From assembly GCF_902652985.1 (NCBI RefSeq), contig NC_047033.1, positions 13,578,001 to 13,642,000 of the forward strand: a DNA stretch of 64,000 nt, in the 5' to 3' direction. How positions within the stretch are numbered: position 1 is the stretch's first letter; every line of letters starts with the position of its first letter. Under the pieces are notes generated by a model. That model had not been told where the DNA came from, did no database searches, and saw only the letters and a program-made list of their open reading frames with translations. Shown piece after piece: positions 27,701 to 39,700 of this stretch. The translations under genes and the position numbers were made by a program. This stretch comes from Pecten maximus (lineage: Eukaryota).

Positions 27701-30700
27701 TAGTAGTGGTCTCGGTATTAGGGTCTCGGTAGTAGTAGTCTCGGTATTAGGGGTCTCGGTATTAGTGGTCTCGGTAGTATGGGTCTCGGTAGTAGTGTTC
27801 TCGGTAGTAGTGGTCTCGGTAGTAGTGGTCTCGGTATTAGTGGTCTCGGTATTAGTGGTCTCAGTAGTAGTGGTCTCGGTAGTAGTGGTCTTGGTAGTAG
27901 TGGTATCGGTATTAGGGTCTCGATAGTAGTGTTCTCGGTAGTAGGCGGATATCGGTAATAGGGTCTGGGTATTAGGGGTATCGGTATTAGGGGTCACGGT
28001 AAAAGGCGGGTCTCGGTAGTAGAGGTCTCGGTAGTAGGCGGGTCTCGGTAGTGGTCTGGGTGTTAATGGTCTAGGTATTAGTGGTCTAGGAAGTAGTGTT
28101 CTCGGTATTAAGGGTCTCAGTATTAGTGGTCTGGGTGTTAGTGGTCTCGGTAGTAGGAATCTCGGTATTAGGGTCTGGGTATTAAAGGTCTCGGTAGTAG
28201 TTGTCTCGGTAGTAGGTGGGTCTCGGTAGTAGGCGGGTCTCGGTAGTATGCGGGTCTCGGTAGAGGTCTGGGTGTTAGTGGTCTCGGTATTAGGGGTCTC
28301 GGTATTAGGGGTCTCGGTATTAGTGGTCTCGGTACTAGGGGTCTCGGTAGTAGTGGTCTCGCTAGTAGGGGTTTCGGTAGTAGTGGTCTCGGTAGTAGGG
28401 GTCTCGGTATTAGGGGTCTAGGAAGTAGTGGTCTCGGTAGTATGGGTCTCGGTATTAGTGATCTCGGTAGTAGTGGTCTCGGTAGCAGGGGTCTCAGTAT
28501 TAGGGGTCTAGGAAGAAGTGTTCTCGGTATTAGTGGTCTCAGTATTAGTGGTCTGGGTGTTAGTGGTCTCGGTTTTAGGGTCTCCGTAGTAGGGGTATCG
28601 GTAGTACGGGTATCGGTAGTAGGGTCTCTGTATTAGGGGTCTCGGTAGTAGGCGGGTCTCGTTAGTAGGCGGGTCTCGGTAGTGGTTTGGGTGTTAGTGG
28701 TATCGGTAGTAGGGGTCTCGGTATTCGTGGTCTCAGTATTAGGGGTCTTGGTATTAGTGGTCTCGGTAGTAGTGGTCTCGGTATTAGGGGTCTCGGCATT
28801 GGGGGTCTCGGTAGTAGGGGTCTCGGTATTAGTGGTTTCGGTAGTAGTGGTCTCGGTAGTAGTGGTCTCGGTAGTAGTGGTCTCGGTATTAGGGTCTCGG
28901 TAGTAGTAGTCTCGGTATTAGGGGTCTCGGTATTAGTGGTCTCGGTAGTATGGGTCTCGGTAGTAGTGTTCTCGGTAGTAGTGGTCTCGGTAGTAGTGGT
29001 CTCGGTATTAGTGGTCTGGGTATTAGTGGTCTCGGTAGTAGTGGTCTCGGTATTAGTGGTCTCAGTAGTAGTGGTCTCGGTAGTAGTGGTCTTGGTAGTA
29101 GTGGTATCGGTATTAGGGTCTCGATAGTAGTGTTCTCGGTAGTAGGCGGATATCGGTAATAGGGTCTGGGTATTAGGGGTATCGGTATTAGGGGTCTCGG
29201 TAAAAGGCGGGGTCTCGGTAGTAGAGGTCTCGGTAGTAGGCGGGTGTCGGTAGTGGTCTGGGTGTTAGTGGTCTAGGTATTAGTGGTCTAGGAAGTAGTG
29301 TTCTCGGTATTAAGGGTCTCAGTATTAGTGGTCTGGGTGTTAGTGGTCTCGGTAGTAAGGATCTCGGTATTAGGGTCTGGGTATTAAAGGTCTCGGTAGT
29401 AGTTGTCTCGGTAGTAGGTGGGTCTCGGTAGTAGGCGGGTCTCGGTAGTATGCGGGTCTCGGTAGAGGTCTGGGTGTTAGTGGTCTCGGTATTAGGGGTC
29501 TCGGTATTAGGGGTCTCGGTATTAGTGGTCTCGGTACTAGGGGTCTCGGTAGTAGTGGTCTCGGTAGTAGGGGTTTCGGTAGTAGTGGTCTCGGTGGTAG
29601 GGGTCTCGGTATTAGGGGTCTAGGAAGTAGTGGTCTCGGTAGTATGGGTCTCGGTATTAGTGATCTCGGTAGTAGTGGTCTCGGTAGTAGTGGTCTCGGT
29701 ATTAGGGGTCTAGGAAGAAGTGTTTTCGGTATTAGTGGTCTCAGTATTAGTGGTCTGGGTGTTAGTGGTCTCGGTTTTAGGGTCTCCGTAGTAGGGGTAT
29801 CGTAGTAGGGGTCTCGGTAGTAGGGTCTCTGTATTAGGGGTCTCGGTAGTAGGCGGGTCTCGTTAGTAGGCGGATCTCGGTAGTGGTCTGGGTGTTAGTG
29901 GTATCGGTAGTAGGGGTCTCGGTATTCGTGGTCTCAGTATTAGGGGTCTTGGTATTAGTGGTCTCGGTAGTAGTGGTCTCAGTATTAGGGGTCTCGGTAT
30001 TGGGGGTCTCGGTAGTAGGGGTCTCGGTATTAGTGGTTTCGGTAGTAGTGGTCTCGGTAGTAGTGGTCTCGGTAGTAGTGGTCTCGGTATTAGTGGTCTC
30101 GGTATTAGGTTCTCGGTATTAGTGGTCTCGGTAGTAGTGGTCTCGGTAGTAGTGGTCTCGGTAGTAGTGGTCCCGGTAGTAGTGGTCTCGGTAGTAGGGG
30201 TCTCGGTAGTGGTGGTCTCGGTAGTAGTGGTTTCGGTAGTGGTGGTCTCGGTAGTAGTGGTCTCGGTAGTATTGGTCTCGGTAGTGGTGGTCTCGGTAGT
30301 AGTGGTTTCGGTAGTGGTGGTCTAGGTAGTAGTGGTCTCGGTAGTGGTGGTCTCGGTAGTAGTGGTTTCGGTAGTGGTGGTCTCGGTAGTAGTGGTCTCG
30401 GTAGTGGTGGTTTCGGTAGTGGTGGTTTCGGTAGTGGTGGTCTCGGTAGTGGTGGTCTCGGTAGTAGTGGTCTCGGTAGTAGTGGTCTCGGTAGTAGTGG
30501 TCTCGGTATTAGTGGTCTCGGTATTAGTGGTCTCGGTAGTAGTGGTCTCGGTAGTAGTGGTCTCGGTAGTGATGGTCTCGGAAGTGGTGGTCTCGGTAGT
30601 GGTGGTCTCGGTAGTAGTGGTCTCGGTAGTGGTCGTCTCGGTAGTGGTGGTCTCGGTAGTGGTGGTCTCGGTAGTAGTGGTCTCGGTAGTGGTGGTCTCG

Positions 30701-33700
30701 GTAGTAGTGGTATCGGTATTAGGGTCTCGATAGTAGTGTTCTCGGTAGTAGGCGGATATCGGTAATAGGATCTGGGTATTAGGGGTATCGGTATTAGGGG
30801 TCTCGGTAAAAGGCGGGTCTCGGTTGTAGGCGGGTCTCGGTAGTGGTCTGGGTGTAAGTGGTCTAGGTATTAGGGGTCTAGGAAGTAGTGTTCTCGGTAT
30901 TAGGGGTCTCAGTATTAGTGGTCTGGGTGTTAGTGGTCTCGGTAGTAGGGATCTCGGTATTAGGGGTCTCGGTAGTAGGGTCTGGGTATTAAAGGTCTCG
31001 GTAGTAGTTGTCTCGGTAGTAGGCTGGTCTCGGTAGTATGCTGGTCTCGGTAGTGGTCTGGGTGTTAATGGTCTCGGTATTAGGGGTCTCGGTATTAGGG
31101 GTCTCGGTATTAGTGGTCTCGGTAGTAGTGGTCTCGGTAGTAGGGGTCTCGGTATTAGGGGTCTAGGAAGTAGTGGTCTCGGTAGTATGGGTCTCGGTAT
31201 TAGTGGTCTCGGTAGTAGTGGTCTCGATAGCAGGGGTCTCAGTATTAGGGGTCTAGGAAGTAGTGTTCTCGGTATTAGTGGTCTCAGTTTTAGTGGTCTG
31301 GGTGTTAGTGGTCTCGGTTTTAGGGTCACCGTAGTAGGGGTATCGGTAGTAGGGGTCTCGGTAGTAGAGTCTCTGTATTAGGGGTCTCGGTAGTAGGCGG
31401 GTCTCGGTAGTAGGCGGGTCTCGTTAGTAGGCGGGTCTCGGTAGTGGTCTGGGTGTAAATGGTATCGGTAGTAGGGGTCTCGGTATTAGTGGTCTCAGTA
31501 TTAGGGGTCTTGGTATTAGTGGTCTCGGTAGTAGTGGTCTCGGTTTTAGGGGTCTCGGTATTAGGGGTCTCGGTATTGCGGGTCTCGGTATTAGTGGTTT
31601 CGGTATTAGTCGTCTCGGTATAAGTCGTCTCGGTATTAGTGGTTTCGGTATTAGGGTCTCGGTATTAGGGTCTCCGTAGTAGTGGTCTCGGTAGTAGTGG
31701 TCTCGGTAGTAGTGGTCTCGGTATGAGGTGTCTCGGTAGTAGTGGTCTCGGTATTAGTGGGCTGGGTGTTAATGGTCTCGGTATTAGGGTCTCGGTATTA
31801 GTGGTCTCGGTAGTAGTGGTCTCGGTAGTAGTGGTCTCGGTATTAGTGGTCTCGGTATAGGTGGTCTCGGTACTAGGGGTATCAGTATTAGTGGTCTCGG
31901 TATTAGGGTCTCGGTAGTAAGGGTATCGGTAGTAGTGGTCTCGGTATTAGGGTTCTCGGTATTTGGGGTCTCGGTAGTAGTGGTCTCGGTACTAGGGATC
32001 TCAGTATTGTGGTCTCGGTAGTAGGGGTCTCGGTATTAGGGGTCCCAGTATAAGTGGTCTCGGTAGTAGTGGTCTCGGTATTAGGGTCTCGGTAGTAGTG
32101 GTCTCGGTATTAGGGGTCTCGGTAGTAGGGGTCTCGGTAGTAGTGGTCTCGGTATTAGGGTTCTCGGTATTTGGGTCTCGGTACTAGGGGTCTCGGTAGT
32201 AGTGGTCTCGGTAGTATGGGTCTCGGTAGTAGTGGTCTCGGTAGTAGTGGTCTCGGTAGTAGGGGTCTCGGTATTAGGGGTCTAGGAAGTAGTTGTCTCG
32301 GTAGTATGGGTCTCGGTATTTGGGGTCTCGGTAGTAGTGGTCTCGGTAGCAGGGGTCTCAGTATTAGGGGTCTAGGAAGTAGTGTTCTCGGTATTAGTGG
32401 TCTCAGTATTAGTGGTCTGGGTGTTAGTGGTCTCGGTTTTAGGGTCTCCGTAGTAGGGGTATCGGTAGAAGGGGTCTCGGTAGTAGGGTCTCTGTATTAG
32501 GGGTCTCGGTAGTTGGCGGGTCTCGGTAGTAGGCGGGTCTCGTTAGTAGGCGGGTCTCGTTAGTAGGCGGGTCTCGGTAGTGGTCTGGGTGTAAGTGGTA
32601 TCGGTAGTAGGGGTCTCGGTATTAGTGGTCTCAGTATTAGGGGTCTTGGTATTAGTGGTCTCAGTTTTAGGGGTCTCGGTATAAGGGGTCTCGGTATTGC
32701 GGGTCTCGGTATTAGTGGTTTCGGTATTAGTCGTCTCGGTATAAGTCGTCTCGGTATTAGTGGTTTCGGTATTAGGGTCTCGGTATTAGGGTCTTGGTAG
32801 TAGTGGTCTCGGTAGTAGTGGTCTCGGTAGTAGGGGTCTCGGTAGTAGTGGTCTCGGTAGTAGTGGTCTCGGTATTAGTGGTCTCGGTATTAGTGGTCTC
32901 GGTACTAGGGGTATCAGTATTAGTGGTCTCGGTATTAGGGTCTCGGTAGTAAGGGTCTCGGTAGTAGTGGTCTCGGTTTTAGGGTTCTCGGTATTGGGGG
33001 TCTCGGTAGTAGTGGTCTCGGTACAAGGGGTCTCAGTATTGTGGTCTCGGTAGTAGAGGTCTCGGTATTAGGGGTCCCAGTATTAGTGATCTCGGTAGTA
33101 GTGGTCTCGGTATTAGGGTCTCGGTAGTAGTGGTCTCGGTATTAGGGGTCTCGGTAGTAGGGGTCTCGGTAGTAGTGGTCTCGGTATTAGGGTTCTCGGT
33201 ATTTGGGTCTCGGTAGTAGTGGTCTCGGTAGTAGTGGTCTCGGTATTAGGGGTCTCGGTAGTAGTGGTCTCGGTATTAGGGGTCTCGGTAGTAGTGGTCT
33301 CGGTATAAGGGGTCTCGGTATTAGTGGTCTCGGTATTAGGGGTATCGGTAATAGGGATCTCGGTATAAGGGGTTTCGGTATTAGTGATATCGGTAGTAGT
33401 GGTCTCGGTATTAGGGGTCTTGGTATTAGTGGTCTCGGAAGTAGGGTCTCGGTATTAGGGGTCTCAGTATTAGTGGTCTGGGTGTTAGTGGTCACGGTAT
33501 TAGGGTCTCGGTAGAAGTGGTCTCGGTATTAGTGGTCTCGGTATTAGGGTCTCGGTAGTAGAGGTCATGGTAGTAGTCGTCTCGGTATTAGTTATTTCGG
33601 TATTAGTCGTCTCGGTATAAGGGGTCTCGGCACTAGTGGTCTCGGTATTAGGGGTTTCGATATTAGTGGTCTCTGTAGTAAGGGTTTCGGTAGTATGGCT

Positions 33701-36700
33701 CTCGGTATAAGTGGTCTCGGTAGGAGGGTCTGGGTATTAGGGGTATCGGTAATAGGGGTCTCTGTATTAGTGGTCTCGGTATTAGTTGTCTCGGTATTAG
33801 TGGTCTCGGTATAAGTGGTCTCGGTAGTAGTGTTTTCGGTATTAGGGTCTCGGTAGTAGTGGTCTCGGTATTAGGGTTCTTAGTAGTAGGGGTCTCGGTA
33901 GCAGTGGTCTCAGTATTAGGGGTCTCGGTGTAAGAACCTCTAATACCGATACCCCTAATACCCAGACCCTACTTCCGAGACCCTAATACCGAGACCACTA
34001 CTACCGAGACCCTAATACCGAAAACACTACTACCGAGACCACTAATACCGAGACCCCTACTACCGAGACCCTAATACCGATACCTCTACTACCGAGATTC
34101 CTAATACGATACCCTAATCCTAAGACCCCTAATACCGAGACCCCTAATACCGAGACCCTAATACCGAGATAAATAATACCAAGACCCCTAATACCGAGAC
34201 CCCTAATACCAAGACCCCTAGTACCGAGACCCTAATACCGATACCACTACTACCGAGACCCCTAATACCGAGACCGTATTTCCGAGAGGCCTAATACCGA
34301 GACCCCTGATACCGAGACCCTATTACCGAGACCCTAATACCGAGATAAATAATACCGAGACCTCTAAAACCGATACTACTAATATCAAGACCCCTACTTC
34401 CGAGACCACTACAACGCGAAATCCCTAATACTTTTCTGTTTGTGATACGGGGATGTAACTCGCTAGGTTGGTTCACATTCTATTTTAGATGCTTATTGCA
34501 TGTTTGACCTGACTGAGTACATGTCACTGCTCTGACGTTGCAAATATGTTTCAGTTGTAATTCATTTATAAGTACAAGTACAGTCATTTATTATCTTTTT
34601 CGTGTGTAAGGAAGGTTTAGTTTATTTGGTATTATGCTGTACCTGATAACATGCTAATTAAAATGAGCAGCCAATTCGAAACGTCCCACCCTTAATTATA
34701 GTTTTAATATTGCGATAATATTTTTTTTAAACACTGCGTGCTATATGACCGTATTGTCATACCGGAGAACATCATATATATTTCACTCGTGAGACAAAGT
34801 GTTTCAATAGGTTCCCCTCGTGTTTCACATCAGCGGAATTGACAACGATGTGTATATACTCTTTGTTTTGTAGCAATATTTCATTGCTCATTAGCTAATT
34901 TTGTGAAAGCACGATTAATAATTAAAACTCGATGTCTATTCAATGTGTTTGCTTCTTCCACACGTTGACGTTATAACCTGTCAAAATGTATGTTGTCTAA
35001 GTTATATGATGAACCGTTTCTTAAATTTGTTTTAATTTCACATTTGTTACACGTTTCTACTTTACATTCTGATTTTTGAAGCAGATTAACACTAATGAGT
35101 CCTAGAGGACCAAAACACCTAAATGATCCTATATCGTGAACCCGCATATAGATTACTGTATAAATGAAACTTTATCTTTAAACATATTGGATAAACCCTT
35201 ATGAACCTGAAATCTATGACACTGCGGTCTCTTATCATTTTTCATTGTTACCATAACGCGCTGTGTTCTTGGTATCTTCCTGATGAAATGATATTTGTGT
35301 TATGCTTAATAAAAAATATATCTTTTTAATACAATGCGTTAGCTAGCTCACGCGATACTTAATATACATTATTGTATTTGAGTCTTGATTTGGTCAATTT
35401 CATGGGGTCATGAATTGAGTTGCTCTTGAGACAAATTTAATGAACTGCGAAGCAGTTCATGTTGAATTTGTCTCAAGAGCAACTCAATTCATGACCCCAT
35501 GAAATCGACCAAACCAAGATTCAATCCTTATTGTTATATTGTTTGTTTTTTTTTTCTAATAAAAATGTCGGTCTAGATATTAATGTCTCAAAGCTTGTGC
35601 AAGTCCAAATACGGAAAAGCCCGAGGAGTTCCGGATTGTGCATGTCTAGTCGGTCGAGTAAAATAGTCCGCAATTTTAGGATTAAAAACAGCTTTAGTTT
35701 GTCAAAATAGAAGTATCTAGCATATCTGGTTTTTCATAAAATACAAGAATACATTATAAATCTGATAATTTTAATAATTATTTCATGTTTATAACAACAA
35801 TGTAGAAAAAGTGAAATCGTTCCGCGGAAGGATTTTAACCATGTATTCATACGCACTGATCAATGTTAATCTGGTCAAATTCATGAGCAAATGAAACAGA
35901 TTAAGTTTGGTAGTTTCATTGAGTCCAACTTGAGTAGAAATTGAAATATTAATGTATAAAAAAAAACTTTATTCAATGAAATAAACATGTATTCTTGATA
36001 CAGTCTGATCCGAATCATATTAAATCACTGTGCTGACCGTTGAATGTTTGGAAACAAGTCTATATTTATCAATAATGGACCATTGGTGAGGTCAAGATGG
36101 TGTTGAAACGACCTGGTAGAGTCAGCCTTTAGGGATTTATTTGCGTTATGTTAATATTCAAGAGCAGGAAATTTACCTTGGTCATTGTGTCGTCAAAATG
36201 ATTATTACGTCATCAACCCAAAATCAAACTTGATTTGGCGTTTCAAAGGATTAGAAACGTCAGGTTAATATCTTAAAATACTGACCTTCACATGACCATG
36301 TTTACGTCAACGAAAATTGAGAAAATCGAACGATATCTAATATAAAATTCCCATATACTAAATACTGATAAAGGGACGAATTGCTATGTTTGCAGGTGAT
36401 GATTGGGAAATCAAAGTCAGTATGTCTACTGTTACCAGTTTGACCACACACATTAACCTAACAGTTACATTCTACGAGCGAGGTTTGACCAGCAGCAGTA
36501 TTGCGTCAAGCGTTACCATCTTAATAAGGAAAAATCTTACCGAAGACACGCCCACTAAAGCTGACGTCAGTATCCCTGGTATTACAAGACCAATGAAAAT
36601 CGACGTATGGGATATTGAAACGGAATTTGTATCTTTACAATTACTGGAGGTATGTAATGTGCTATAGGAATATTTTACTTGCCTTGGAATTACGGGCACT

Positions 36701-39700
36701 GCAGGCTTCATTATGACTGAAATTGGTAGCTTATTCTACAAATACAGTGGAACTTCGTTAACTCGAACTCGGATAACTCGAATACCCCGCTTAACTCGAA
36801 GTACCTCGTCGGTCCCGACCGAATTCTCTCTTTATCTTAGTATCTGTAACTATAAAATGCAAATACGTCACATTACTATGTAAATACACTTATGAAAAAC
36901 ATGGTGTACTCAGACAAATATATCAACATGTATTATTTAATAGATTAGCTGGATGATAACAACTTTGTGAGATGAAGGTAATATTGGTGATACTGATCAA
37001 CTGCTATATGCACGAGAAGTATAGAGTTCACTAGATCACTACCATAGCCGTCTAATGGTACATACAACGTTTATATATGCAAGTAATTTCAGTTGTCACG
37101 AACATCCGCCTGTCACAAACCTCAATGTTTCTTGACCACTGAGTCAGGACTAGTGCATGATGGTAAAACATTTGGCGCAATATGTAAATTTCATACAGTT
37201 GAAATCCAAGCCAACGATTGAAGAAAAATAATTATAAATTTAAATGGTAACATTTATAGCGTAGAAAACAAAACAAAAAACAAAACAAAAACCAGATGAA
37301 TAAGACATAGTCATTATGTTTGAAAATATTTTATCTGCTATGATACTTCATTATGCTTTAAGATTCTGAATTTGGTTTAAAAAACACGTTTTTGTTGTTT
37401 TTGTTGTTACAGACAATATCTAAAACTCCTTTAGTTATAAAGGTCATTGTATCCATTTAAACGGTAACCATTGCTACACCAGCACACAATATACAGACAT
37501 ATAGTTATATAGTTATTTTTTCTTTCTTTTTTTATTAATTATTAGGTTTTTTTTTTTTTTAAATAATAATCATATAAACTAGCGGTAAAAAGAGACGGAA
37601 TTCTGTTCTAGTATAACTTTTTAGACACATGGTCTAAATTCAATTAAGTTTCACACTGAGCTAATTCCGTGCACTGTGAAAATATTCTTTCATATGCTTT
37701 CAGCAGATTTTTCAAGAAAGCGTGCATCCGGGGTATTCTTGCACCATACGTGCTGGTAAATCATTACAAATTGAACATTGAAACAATACAGATCAGTTAC
37801 ACAACATTTCTTTTCGAAGCGATTATACAGCGAAATGTCGCATTTGAGTGAAGCCGATAGAGGTAGGGCCATTACTCTGATAATGCAGGTGCATTCACAT
37901 TGTCATGTAGCACAGCAGTATGGTGTACATGATAAAACATTATCCCGTTTAGTTAGGCGTTTGAGAGTAACAGGATGATTGGGTGACCGTCCCAGTAGCG
38001 GACGCCCGCGCATTACGTCGTGACGGTGAATATAGAGGCATACGTCTTTCTAACCTCCGTAAGCGATTTCAGACGTCGACGGGGACGGCACGTCAAGTTG
38101 CCGGCACTCATGGTTGGCCAGTGTGTCTAAGAACGGTTAGAAATCGGTTGCAGGATTTTCATTTAAGGCCACGACGTCCCTATGTTGGTCCGCCAATTAC
38201 GCCGAGGCGACGCCAATGTCGATTGCGATGGCTGCTTGTACATGTACCTAATTAGTTCCGTTTTGCCCATTGGGACGCGTATTGTTCACTGACGAGTCTC
38301 GCTCTACGCTTTACAGATGCGATGGACGACAACGTGTCGATCGACGTTGTGGTTTAATGACGCTGGTGTAACAGAAAGCGACAGATCCGTGGGAGAGTCT
38401 GTTGTAGTTTGGGCAGGGATATCTATAGGCGTGAAAACACATCTCTTGGTTATTGATGGTAACCTAGGTTAGGTCTTGACACCACATGTTCCCCTCCTAT
38501 TCATCAACGGAACCTTACGTTGCAGCAGGACAAAGCGAGGCCCCACGTTGCTAGGGTTTGTCGTGACTTTCTGGCTCAAAACAACGTTCTAGTTCTTCTT
38601 GATTGGCCACTATACAGTCCAGATATGTCCCCAATCGAGCATTTGTGGAACGACCTAGACAGGAGGGTCAAAGTACCATATAACGTCGCTCAACTCATGC
38701 AGGCCCTTATTCAGGAGTGGAAAATATCCCTTAAAGGGCAATAAACGTCTTGATAGTGTCGATGTTAAGGAAAATAAGATCAGCGACGGATGCCAGGGGT
38801 GGGCACACATGCTACTTATTTCGATCAGGAAACGGGGTTGGGTACTCTTGTTTTAACGGTATTCACGCAAACACCGTTTGTGATAGCTTGCGTTTCTTTT
38901 TTCCACTAGTATACTTAATAACATGGTAACATAGGACATATATGACTCTTGCTCTGACCGCAGTGACAGAGCCTCAAAATCACGATCTACGGCAACTAAT
39001 TGGTCAGCCAGTAATACATAGAGCATACACCGCTACACCACATCCACGTGTTAATTTCATACTTTACGTACGATAGATAATTAATGTTTCTAATAGATAG
39101 CAGCTTCGTGACCTATTGTTCGACTATTGGTTATTTTTTCAAACAATTTTATTTTTACAGTTTTGGAATTGCACAATGCATCAACATTATGAAGACACTT
39201 TCCAAAGATGTCTTGTAGTTATGTCGAAATAGGGTCTCGTATAACAGTGTGACTTCTTCTTGGAAGATATACTTGCCCATCCGTAGTACAAACATACGCT
39301 GCTTTTTTTTCGATTTCCTCCCACATCCTTTTAAACTTACCTGTCTGAGACTCAATTTGCTTTATACTCACATACAGCTACGTTCATTTTTAATTTTTTT
39401 TTCCAAATATAACGTCCCCTTTATTTGCCCAAAATTGTTCTTCCACTTGAGTTTTCCAAAAAATAGCATTCCCTAATTTTTTCCCAGAAAGAACTTCCCC
39501 TTAATTTTTTCCTAAAATGTACTGTATATTTTCCCCAAAAGTTACTTCCAAATAATTTTTACCCAAAAATTAATTCTTAATTTACCCAAAAAGTACTTCC
39601 ACTTTGTATTTTCCCAAAAGTTATTTCCCCTTAAATCTCCCCCAACGCTACTTTCCTTTGATTTTTCCCAAAAATACATCCGCTTGAATATTTTAGTTTC

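Noticed and set aside
14955-34431. CRISPR-like or telomeric array
   Set aside because: There are no unique spacers and the context is eukaryotic; TTAGGG occurs only as part of some 15-bp variants.
14918-34476. Dozens of ORFs such as PRPLL, VVVSV, GLGSS and TETTT
   Set aside because: These are alternative frames of the 15-bp satellite. Frames switch at 14-bp units and I see no supporting splice structure.
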